DNA of 14,184 bases from Anaerohalosphaeraceae bacterium (lineage in GTDB: Bacteria > Planctomycetota > Phycisphaerae > Sedimentisphaerales > Anaerohalosphaeraceae). The notes beneath the pieces were generated by a model. It saw only the letters and a list, made by a program, of their open reading frames with translations. It ran no database searches and was not told the DNA's origin. Below, piece after piece: positions 7,132 to 14,184 of the stretch. The stretch lies in contig JBNRMN010000042.1 in NCBI GenBank assembly GCA_050309605.1, forward strand, positions 1-14,184, read 5' to 3'. Position 1 is the stretch's first letter. Every line of letters begins with the position of its first letter. The position numbers and the translations under genes are program-made.

Positions 7132-10100
7132 TCAATTAATCTCCATCCATGCCAACAGGGTCGGTTTAGCCCCGATGGGGGCCTGGGTCTTTTTCAGATA
7201 GGTGTTTTTAATGTGTTTTTCAAGTGTCTTTCGGATGTCACCGAGAGTTTTGACCCCGGACTGGACGGCGCGTTGGGTGTCGGGCTGACAACGCACGGCG
7301 GCCCAGGTATTTTCAAGTTGTTCGGTAATATCGCCGGTTTCGGCGTCGCAGAAGTACCAGCGTACCTGGCCGAGGCCGTGTTTTTGGGAGTCGTAGTTTT
7401 CGTGTTTCATATCGAGCAGGTTTTCGGCGGCCTTGCCGATGACCGGCGGCATCCGATAGCAGGCAAAGACCCCCGAACGGGTAAACGGGGCAATCCGTTT
7501 GACTTCTTCTTCGCGCTGGTTGTAAACGGGGCCAAAGCCGTCGCCGGCACTCTTGCCGCTGAAGAGACGTCGCGGCAGGTCGGGCAGCGTTTGCCACAAG
7601 TCGGGATATTGCTGAGCAAACCGGTTTCGTTCCAGCCGCATCAGTTCCTCAACGGATTCCTTGCCCTCGTAGCGTTCGTTGAAGAGCTTCATCGCCATCT
7701 CCGGGTCGTCCGGGCTGAGCAGTGCGCCTTCGATGCCGAGGGTTTTGTTGATGCGCATGATTTTGCCGTCCAGTTTTTGTTTGAGATGCAGCAGTTCTTC
7801 CAGTTCGTCCGGCGGCAGAAAGTTCCAGAAATAGACCTTGCCTTTGAGATGGGGCGGCCGGTCCAGTTGAGCTTCGATGTCCGGGTTGAGACGGCGATCC
7901 ACACGACCAATACGCTGCATCAGGCGCACCGGGTTCCAGTGCAGGTCATAGTTGATAATGAGGCAGGCGTCCTGAAGGTTCAGTCCTTCGCTCAACACAT
8001 CGGTGGAAATAAGAATATCAATCGGGTTGTCCAGGCAATACGACAATTCCGATTGGCCGAAAAGGTCCCGGGTTTCGCTGGCTCGGTTATACAGGGGCGA
8101 AAAACGTTTAATGATCAGTTCGCGGTTCTTGACGTTGCGACCGCTGTCCACCTGTTCGACGTTTTTGAATCCAGCCTTGCGAAGCTGGTCGGCCAGATAA
8201 CGGGCTGTATTGCGGAATTCGCTGAAGATCAGAACTTTCTGGTTACGCAGTAAGGGTTCGTTGGTCAGCGTATCAATAAGTTTTTGGAGCTTGGTGTCCT
8301 TTTCGGGGTCTTCGACGCGGCCTTCCTTGTCCTTGTGGTAAAAGCGGCGATAGATCTTGCTCAGTGTACTGGTCAGGTGTCCCATGTCTTCAAGGATATC
8401 CTCACAGAGCCTGTCCAGGTCGTATTCTTTGTCGCTGAGCATCGCTTCTGTGATGTCCAGCAATCCTTCGTCTTCTTCGTTCTCGGTGTCCGGTTCGTCT
8501 TTTTCGAGACGTTCGGCGATATGGGCCTGTGCCAGCTTCCACCAGCGGGTGTTGGTCTGTGTCCAGGCGGCGTATTTGTCGGGGTCATGACGGCGAAGGA
8601 AATCGGCCATCTTGGCCAGCAGGTCCTCAACACTGGCCTCAAATGCTTTGTAAGAGCTTTCCAGCCGCTTCAATAGCAGGGTGCGAATCAGTCCTACCAA
8701 CAACTGCTGATAATGTTGTTCTTCCTGATCTTTTTGTTTCTTATAGTATGATTTGTTGTAAATGGCCAGGTTCAAAAAGGGGTTGTCTTTGTCGAACGCC
8801 TCTTTGAGGTCAGAGTAGATGTTTTCGTACACCGTTTTCAGGGAATAATTGACAACCTTTGGCGGCTGCCGTGCGGGGAATAACGGCGCATCGTCGCCAT
8901 TGCCGGTCTCGGATTCCTGGACATACTTGCGGCTGCGCTGGATGACAACCTTGTTGAGCAAGGTGTCGGTTCGAATGAGGTCTTCTTCTTCGACGGCTTC
9001 GGTGGTTTCGATGTCGGGCTTTTCGTTTTCCAGACGTTTGTTGATGTCGAGGAAGTGTTTGCGGAAATGATGTATTCCGGCACGAAGAAAATGTTCCTGA
9101 TTGTTTTGAGCAAAGTAGTTGACTAAGTGATATAAGTCGTCAATCGAATTGTTGATCGGCGTTGCCGTGAGCATGTACAGCTTTTTGCCCTTGGCAATAT
9201 CCATAAACAATTCGCCGCGATTGGAACGAGGGTTGCGAAAATGATGCGCCTCGTCCATAATAATGACGTCTATCTCTTTGCGATAAAAATCAAGGTCGGC
9301 ATGGGTAATTCCATTAGGACGACCAAAGTCGGTATGTCGGCGAATTTCGACATAGTGTCTGACCTGTCGCGGATAGTGCGGTGTCAGATAACGTTCAATG
9401 TTTGCTCTCCACACACTCTCCTCAGCCGATTTCGGAACGATCATCAAAACCTGCTTGCCTTCGTGGATGCATCGCTCGAGAATCATCAGACCGATAAAGG
9501 TTTTGCCTAAGCCGACACCATCGCAGACCAGCGCCCCGTCCCACTCGTCGGCAATTTGAAGGGCTTGGTGATAGCCATCCCGTTGATATTGAGAGAGCAT
9601 CGGATAGATGGCCGATTCCTGTAGTTCCCATGCGTCCTGCGACTTCTCTTTTCCTGCAAAATACTCATACAAAGCCCGGCAATAGGCCGTGAAGGGGGCA
9701 TACTCTTTCAAATGCGGCTCAATGATTTTGAGCAATTCCGGACTGATGTCATCGGCCTCTTTCCAAAGCTCCTCAAACCATTGTCGCAGAGCTTCGATGT
9801 GATTTTGATCGGTGCTGAACAGATTCAGCTCGACATTTTCCGTCAGTCCGGGGCGTGTAAAGTTGGAACTGCCAACAATCGCAAAGTCCACCGGGCTGGG
9901 GTCTCTGGATTCCATGAGGTAAGATTTAGCATGGAATTTGGCAGCGGCAAACGCTTTCAACTGTACTTTTTTACCGGCGATGGCGTCTTTTAACGCCTCT
10001 AACCCGGTCAAGGCGTCATCCCGCTCTTTTTGCTGCTCGATGCTGTCATTGGAGTGGGCCAAGGCGCTTTCGATGATGATTTTTTTGGTGGTCTTAGACG

Positions 10101-10287
10101 TTTCATTGCCCATCAGAATGCGAATCTGGTCAGGGGTGTGCCAGTTGGGTTCTATTTGCAAAAATGAACCAACTTCAAAAAAACCCGTTGCGATGTCCAG
10201 TTTTTTGAGATTCAATAAAAGCTGATTCAGCGCATTTAAAACCGTATTGCCATTCCTGTTGTCGATGATCGTCGGTATTTTGGCCAT
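7132..10287 (-). CDS. PLD-family nuclease fused to SF2 (SNF2-like) helicase; putative restriction subunit
   Basis: PLD motif FHAKSY...IVGSSNFT...NVELN, Walker A DGVGLGKT, DEAH box, LTATPINN, STDVLSEGLNLQ, QRIGRVDR. ATG 10287 (MAKIPTIIDN) has GGAG 6 nt upstream, so it is preferred over 10395. Confidence 0.93.
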   Translation of the reverse strand: MAKIPTIIDNRNGNTVLNALNQLLLNLKKLDIATGFFEVGSFLQIEPNWHTPDQIRILMGNETSKTTKKIIIESALAHSNDSIEQQKERDDALTGLEALKDAIAGKKVQLKAFAAAKFHAKSYLMESRDPSPVDFAIVGSSNFTRPGLTENVELNLFSTDQNHIEALRQWFEELWKEADDISPELLKIIEPHLKEYAPFTAYCRALYEYFAGKEKSQDAWELQESAIYPMLSQYQRDGYHQALQIADEWDGALVCDGVGLGKTFIGLMILERCIHEGKQVLMIVPKSAEESVWRANIERYLTPHYPRQVRHYVEIRRHTDFGRPNGITHADLDFYRKEIDVIIMDEAHHFRNPRSNRGELFMDIAKGKKLYMLTATPINNSIDDLYHLVNYFAQNNQEHFLRAGIHHFRKHFLDINKRLENEKPDIETTEAVEEEDLIRTDTLLNKVVIQRSRKYVQESETGNGDDAPLFPARQPPKVVNYSLKTVYENIYSDLKEAFDKDNPFLNLAIYNKSYYKKQKDQEEQHYQQLLVGLIRTLLLKRLESSYKAFEASVEDLLAKMADFLRRHDPDKYAAWTQTNTRWWKLAQAHIAERLEKDEPDTENEEDEGLLDITEAMLSDKEYDLDRLCEDILEDMGHLTSTLSKIYRRFYHKDKEGRVEDPEKDTKLQKLIDTLTNEPLLRNQKVLIFSEFRNTARYLADQLRKAGFKNVEQVDSGRNVKNRELIIKRFSPLYNRASETRDLFGQSELSYCLDNPIDILISTDVLSEGLNLQDACLIINYDLHWNPVRLMQRIGRVDRRLNPDIEAQLDRPPHLKGKVYFWNFLPPDELEELLHLKQKLDGKIMRINKTLGIEGALLSPDDPEMAMKLFNERYEGKESVEELMRLERNRFAQQYPDLWQTLPDLPRRLFSGKSAGDGFGPVYNQREEEVKRIAPFTRSGVFACYRMPPVIGKAAENLLDMKHENYDSQKHGLGQVRWYFCDAETGDITEQLENTWAAVRCQPDTQRAVQSGVKTLGDIRKTLEKHIKNTYLKKTQAPIGAKPTLLAWMEIN

Positions 10288-10364
10288 CCTGTCTCCCATG
10301 AGTTCCCAAAAGCCCATATTTTTCCACGATATTACCGTTTTTTTATTCGCTTTGCAACACCCAA

Positions 10365-10639
10365 TCAAGTCTCTTTTTCCACCCGCCCACAGCACACCGC
10401 TGGCACTCCGTCCGTTTCCCGCGCTTCAAAACAGAACATACCACGTAGACGATTAAGCATTGAATCTGGACTTCCATATACCTTTTTTTGTGCTTTGCGG
10501 AACTGCTTTGGGGTCATTGTGCCTATTTGGCGGCACATGTGTGCCCATTCAGCCGGGTCGATGCCGGGGATAGTTCGCACCAGACGCCGGTTTCAGAATA
10601 ATTCGGTTCGGCGAACAGAACACCTTGAGAAGTTGACAT
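10365..10639 (-). pseudogene. Small ORF, possibly frameshifted (38-aa ORF 10523-10639 overlapping 71-aa ORF 10365-10580)
   Basis: Strong AAGGAG RBS 7 nt before ATG 10639, which gives MSTSQGVLFAEPNYSETGVW...*. One extra base near 10590 would join it to the frame RRLVRTIPGIDPAEWAHMCRQIG. Confidence 0.35.
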
Positions 10640-10757
10640 AAGCCGTCTCCTTAAGAAAATCAATCATTTATTTAAGAAGGCTTAGGTTTGACATGAAGCA
10701 GAGGTCGGTTCCACCCGAACGTTATTTTCGTTTCGGCATACTGTCGGCGAAAGCATT

Positions 10758-10827
10758 AAAAAATCCGCCTGTGAAGCAAGGAGGAAAAGTAGTCAGTGCG
10801 ACTGCCCAGGGCTATCTCCACAGGCGG
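10758..10827 (-). terminator. Terminator/attenuator-like stem with large structured loop
   Basis: 12-bp stem CCGCCUGUGGAG/CUUCACAGGCGG (one G-U pair on the minus strand), followed by AUUUUUU. Confidence 0.6.
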
Positions 10828-10844
10828 CAGAAGGAGCAAAAAAC

Positions 10845-10853
10845 ATTATAACA
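10845..10853 (-). promoter_or_regulatory. Extended -10 promoter element facing the RM-like operon
   Basis: Minus strand reads TGTTATAAT, a perfect TGnTATAAT. Confidence 0.55.
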
Positions 10854-11136
10854 TCATCTACCCAAGTTGAAAGCTTAATTTTTTGATCTAAGCCATTTTA
10901 CATGAGTTATTTACATCCTGCCGACACGGTGCCAATATGTTTTCAATCGAAATTTTCTTGTTAGGGACCTGTTCGGCTGCTATAGTGACGGCAAATCGGC
11001 TGTCCGCGATACAAATCAAGGGTCGTGTCGGAAACCGTGGTCTGCTGATTATCCATTGTTTTGCACCTGTGAATGCGGTATTCCAGGGCTGATGAAGAAC
11101 GCTCGGGAGGGACCGGGCCAATTATAAGGAGTTATT

Positions 11137-12333
11137 ATGTCGCGTCATTTTTCCTTCAAGACTTTTTTCCGCAGTGTTTCTGTAGACCTCCTGCAACAGT
11201 ATTTTGCCAATCGGCAGTTGTTGGCTGACTTCGACTGGGCGCAGGACAGTTCATTGCTGGCCGATGCGCTGTATGCGCAAATCGAACGATTTCCAGACAA
11301 CCACGCTGCGCTGGTTGAGCAGGATTTTATGACCATTTCGGAGTTGGCCAGTGAGTTATTTGTATTGGAGCTGCATGAAGTCGCTCGGTCACTATACAAC
11401 GACGCTGACGCTGTGATTGACGAGGTAATGCAGCAACCCGGGTTTCTCAATCAGGTCTTCTGGGCCAGCTTGGAGCACCCGGCCGTCTTCGAGATGGCCA
11501 TCCAACTGGAGCGGATGGAGCATATGACGTTCAAGGAGGATTGTCTGGTGGGCAGGCACCTGCCGTGTGCAACGAACGAGGAGGCCATCGAGAAGCTCAA
11601 GGAGCATATCCAAAAGTTCTTCAAACGCCAGCGCCGCGGCCGCAACTGCCAGATTGATGTCTATGTGCGGCACAATCCGACGCGATACTGCTTTTTCGCA
11701 TACCCGGAAGATTACCCCAAGCGGGATTTGACCTACAAGAGCAGTCGGCTTGTGCCGGATGTCCGGCGTCCGGTGATGGAGATTGTCTTTATCTATGAGC
11801 CGGACAGCGGCAATCTTAAGGTCCACGCCAGCAAGATGCGCAAGGTCGAAGTCATGCAGGATGCCTTCTGCAAGTCGATATTGGGGCTGCCGGGCATCCC
11901 GGACGGCAGTACGCGGGTCTATGACCTGTCGCGGCTGCTGGACCCGGGGTTTCGGTTTGTCACCGACCCGACCGATGTCGTCGAAGAGGTTTCGCTGAAG
12001 ATGCTGAAGGTGGCGATTGGAAAAAACAAACCCCGAAAACTGACCTGTGAAGGCACCCCCTTCAATGGCGGTGCGGAAATGGTACAAAAAATGACCTTGG
12101 ATGCCATAGCCGCCTGCTCCACGCCGGCCGATGCGGTTCAGGTACTCTCGGCCAAGATTGCAATGAAATTCGGTGCCGCTGACGGCGGTCGCAAAAAGAG
12201 TGTAACGTTTACTCTGAACGTTCCCTGCGGATCGAATCTCGAAGATAAACCGCATCATCATACCGCCCGAAAATACATAGAACGGTGGGGGCTGGTGCGC
12301 ACTCTGCTGGCTGATACAGATGAGGCGGCCTGA
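11137..12333 (+). CDS. Hypothetical protein (398 aa) of the mobile element backbone
   Basis: Long ORF with AAGGAG RBS 5 nt upstream and GC-rich third codon positions. Stop overlaps the next start (TGATG). No function recognised. Confidence 0.85.
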   Translation: MSRHFSFKTFFRSVSVDLLQQYFANRQLLADFDWAQDSSLLADALYAQIERFPDNHAALVEQDFMTISELASELFVLELHEVARSLYNDADAVIDEVMQQPGFLNQVFWASLEHPAVFEMAIQLERMEHMTFKEDCLVGRHLPCATNEEAIEKLKEHIQKFFKRQRRGRNCQIDVYVRHNPTRYCFFAYPEDYPKRDLTYKSSRLVPDVRRPVMEIVFIYEPDSGNLKVHASKMRKVEVMQDAFCKSILGLPGIPDGSTRVYDLSRLLDPGFRFVTDPTDVVEEVSLKMLKVAIGKNKPRKLTCEGTPFNGGAEMVQKMTLDAIAACSTPADAVQVLSAKIAMKFGAADGGRKKSVTFTLNVPCGSNLEDKPHHHTARKYIERWGLVRTLLADTDEAA

Positions 12334-13094
12334 TGGAGTTTATTGACTTAATTAAACACCTTCACATGTCCGCAAAAGGCGGCATTGAGACCTTTCTGAC
12401 GTATGATTCTGTACAGGAATTGCCGCCGGAGCAGTTTGCCCAGCTGGAGCGGTTGCAAATCCTCGTCGAGACACAGCCGGCCAAGTATTACACCTGCACC
12501 GAATGTGTCGATGAGGATTGCAGCGGGATTTCACTGTTTCGGTTTACAGACAAGCAGACCGGCCAGACGGTCGGTCTGTTTTCCTGCTGCATGGAGGGCG
12601 GCGAGGGGCTTAAGCGGGTGGACCTGAACCGCCTGCGTCGGTGGGATATTCTGCCGGACAAGATTGAGGCATATTTGGCGTCGATTGAACCACCCCAACA
12701 GGATTCGTTTAAGAGTCCTGCAAAGCCGAAGATGTCTCAAGAGGAGGCCAATATTGCTGTGCGAGAACTGATCCCCATACTCAAAAGTGAAATGGGCCTA
12801 AAAACAGATAAAGATTTCAAGAAAATAACAGTGCGGTTGTTGTCTGACAGAATTGGGTGCAGCCAAGGACTGATAAGTGGTTGTTCGGCCTGGAAGGCGT
12901 TTAAGAAAACACGCGATGCTCAGCAAACCACATCCTCAAAATCAGTTCGGCTTAATGCGGTTCATCTGGACAGCTTGGCTTCAGATGACAGTCAGCCCGA
13001 TGAAATGGTCGCCCAACAAGAACTCAAACATCTGATTGCCGAGCAAAAAGCCGACATGGATAATACAAATAATAAGGTTTTTCCAGATCGATAA
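12333..13094 (+). CDS. Hypothetical protein with Cys cluster (possible Zn ribbon) and C-terminal HTH-like segment; putative regulator
   Basis: CTECVDEDC...FSCC cluster; ITVRLLSDRIGCSQGLIS...AWKAF resembles a helix-turn-helix. Translationally coupled to the upstream gene. Confidence 0.75.
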   Translation: MEFIDLIKHLHMSAKGGIETFLTYDSVQELPPEQFAQLERLQILVETQPAKYYTCTECVDEDCSGISLFRFTDKQTGQTVGLFSCCMEGGEGLKRVDLNRLRRWDILPDKIEAYLASIEPPQQDSFKSPAKPKMSQEEANIAVRELIPILKSEMGLKTDKDFKKITVRLLSDRIGCSQGLISGCSAWKAFKKTRDAQQTTSSKSVRLNAVHLDSLASDDSQPDEMVAQQELKHLIAEQKADMDNTNNKVFPDR

Positions 13095-13099
13095 CCACC

Positions 13100-13208
13100 G
13101 TTCATGCGGTGTTCACGATTTGTTCATGAACAAATCCCAAAAAAATATCCTCATTTTCACGCCAAAAACAACGATTTTCCCCCTCGAATAGCTTTGTTCA
13201 CGTGAACA
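13100..13208. promoter_or_regulatory. Cluster of GTTCAYG repeats and palindromes; putative operator or origin iterons
   Basis: gttcayg at 13100, 13111 and 13122 (11-bp period). 20-bp perfect palindrome gatttgttcatgaacaaatc (13117-13136). 14-bp palindrome tgttcacgtgaaca (13195-13208). Confidence 0.7.
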
Positions 13209-13256
13209 GATTCTTCCTCCAGAGAACGAAATTTATCTTTGTAGGAGAATCGAACA

Positions 13257-13451
13257 ATGCAGCAACAACGGTTCACAGTGGGCCAAATCGGCGACCTGTT
13301 GGGCGAGCCGCCCGCACGGGTCAGCTATATCATCAGCAAGCACCGGATAAAACCTGCCGAGCGGGTTGGGATTATCCGGCTCTTCACCGCCCGGCAGGTT
13401 GAGCTGGTTCGCCAGTACCTCTATGACATCCAGATTCGGGAGGGTCGATGA
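13257..13451 (+). CDS. Small HTH DNA-binding protein (MerR/excisionase-like)
   Basis: AGGAG RBS. FTVGQIGDLLGEPPARVSYII...RIKPAERVGIIRLFT fits a winged HTH of the MerR/Xis type. Overlaps the next start codon. Confidence 0.75.
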   Translation: MQQQRFTVGQIGDLLGEPPARVSYIISKHRIKPAERVGIIRLFTARQVELVRQYLYDIQIREGR

Positions 13452-13813
13452 TGAGTCTTGCCGAATCGCCTCCCACAAATCCTCTGGGACAATATCTGAC
13501 GCTGACGGAAGCGGCCAAACGTCTGCCCCGCAGCAACGGACGTCGGGTGCATACGTCCACGCTGTGGCGCTGGTGTCGCAAGGGATGTTGCGGTATCAAA
13601 CTTCAATACGTCCGCATTGGCCGCAGCATCAGGGTTACCGAGGACGGGCTGAATCACTTCTTTACAGAACTGGCCAAGCGGGATGCTCAAACGTCCGGCC
13701 CCTCGAATGTCAAGTTTACTCGCCGGAGGAGGCGACAATCCACCGCTGCCCAGCGGCAAGCTGCCCAGCGTGATGCTGAGGCCGTTCTGCGACGTGCAAA
13801 GATACTGGTTTAA
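13448..13813 (+). CDS. DUF1580-type HTH protein (excisionase-like)
   Basis: LTLTEAAKRLP...VHTSTLWRWCRKG..GIKLQYVRIGRSIRVTEDGLNHF matches the planctomycete DUF1580 pattern. Confidence 0.82.
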   Translation: MMSLAESPPTNPLGQYLTLTEAAKRLPRSNGRRVHTSTLWRWCRKGCCGIKLQYVRIGRSIRVTEDGLNHFFTELAKRDAQTSGPSNVKFTRRRRRQSTAAQRQAAQRDAEAVLRRAKILV

Positions 13814-13847
13814 CAATGAACCCTCAATAGATGAAAGGAACACACAC

Positions 13848-14184
13848 ATGACTGTCTTGGACAAAATCCACACGGGCAAACGCCCGGCCCCGCCGCGCCT
13901 GCTGGTTTACGGCGTCGAAGGCGTGGGCAAATCAAGTTTTGCCGCCGGCGCACCGCATCCTATCTTTATTCCGACCGAGGACGGCCTGGGTGAAATCGAC
14001 TGCGCCGCGTTCCCGCTGGCCAAAACACTGCCGGAGGTTGAGACGTATCTGTCGGCGCTGGCCAGCGAGCCGCACGACTACCAGACGGTTGTCATCGACA
14101 GTCTGGACTGGCTCGAGCAGCTGATTTGGGATGACCTGTGCCGCCTGTCCAATGCCACCTCGATTGAAAAGGTCGACGGCGGCT
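13848..14184 (+). CDS. Phage-type AAA_24 ATPase (Sak4-like), 3' end outside window
   Basis: Not in the ORF track. Hand translation: MTVLDKIHTGKRPAPPRLLVYGVEGVGKSSFAAGAPHPIFIPTEDGL...YQTVVIDSLDWLEQLIW. Walker A GVEGVGKS, Walker B VVIDS; GAAAGGA RBS. Confidence 0.9.
   Translation, partial: MTVLDKIHTGKRPAPPRLLVYGVEGVGKSSFAAGAPHPIFIPTEDGLGEIDCAAFPLAKTLPEVETYLSALASEPHDYQTVVIDSLDWLEQLIWDDLCRLSNATSIEKVDGG

Larger units (their letters stand above)
1..14184. mobile_element. Part of an integrative prophage/satellite-like element carrying defence cargo (both boundaries outside the window or not identified)
   Basis: Tyrosine integrase at the left end, and HTH/excisionase-like genes, DUF1580 and a phage-type AAA_24 ATPase at the right end, flanking RM-like and nuclease cargo of patchy GC content. 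No att site identified. Confidence 0.7.

Noticed and set aside
5417..8676. Long + strand ORFs (5417-6100, 6212-7201, 7120-8253, 8284-8676)
   Set aside because: Antisense shadows of the GC-rich methyltransferase and helicase genes; no recognisable motifs or RBS.
3440..10287. Calling the locus DISARM or BREX
   Set aside because: No DrmA/DrmB (DUF1998) and no PglZ/BrxC genes in the operon.
10288..10395. 36-aa N-terminal extension of the helicase in the ORF track
   Set aside because: ATG 10287 has a proper GGAG RBS, and the extension overlaps another ORF and does not look conserved.
10921..11031. 8-bp inverted repeat ccgacacg/cgtgtcgg about 100 bp apart, and ORF 10888-11121
   Set aside because: Short enough to be chance; the ORF lacks an RBS or motifs and overlaps the divergent promoter region.
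11392..12261. 289-aa minus-strand ORF
   Set aside because: Lies wholly opposite the 398-aa gene, which has a good RBS and is coupled to the next gene; typical shadow ORF.
13939..14124. 61-aa + strand ORF
   Set aside because: Alternative frame inside the AAA_24 gene that starts at 13848.

Overview
The window looks like part of an integrative, prophage- or satellite-like element from a probable Planctomycetota host (inferred from the DUF1580-type protein and the integrase style). From left to right: the 3' end of a tyrosine integrase (+); a roughly 10-kb minus-strand defence cargo, in transcription order a PLD nuclease-SF2/SNF2 helicase fusion, a large N6-adenine methyltransferase with an AT-rich specificity domain, a truncated PIN-like ORF, a HEPN RxxxxH RNase, a DUF3800 RNase H-like protein and a DUF6933-like protein; then a divergent plus-strand regulatory/replication module (398-aa hypothetical, Cys-rich/HTH protein, palindromic GTTCAYG operator cluster, two small HTH/excisionase-like genes, AAA_24 ATPase running off the right end). 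The most notable non-coding signals: (i) two hairpin-rich small-RNA candidates (1251-1330, 1481-1541) behind near-identical TTGAAC-N18/19-TAGTAT motifs, converging on the HEPN-DUF3800 gene pair; (ii) a 31-bp direct repeat (1020-1050, 3193-3223) that brackets this HEPN-DUF3800-RNA unit and encodes a peptide resembling the C-terminal tail of type IIG RM enzymes; (iii) a structured leader with a terminator-like stem and an RBS-sequestering hairpin upstream of the RM-like operon. All family assignments come from recognising motifs by eye; no database search was run.
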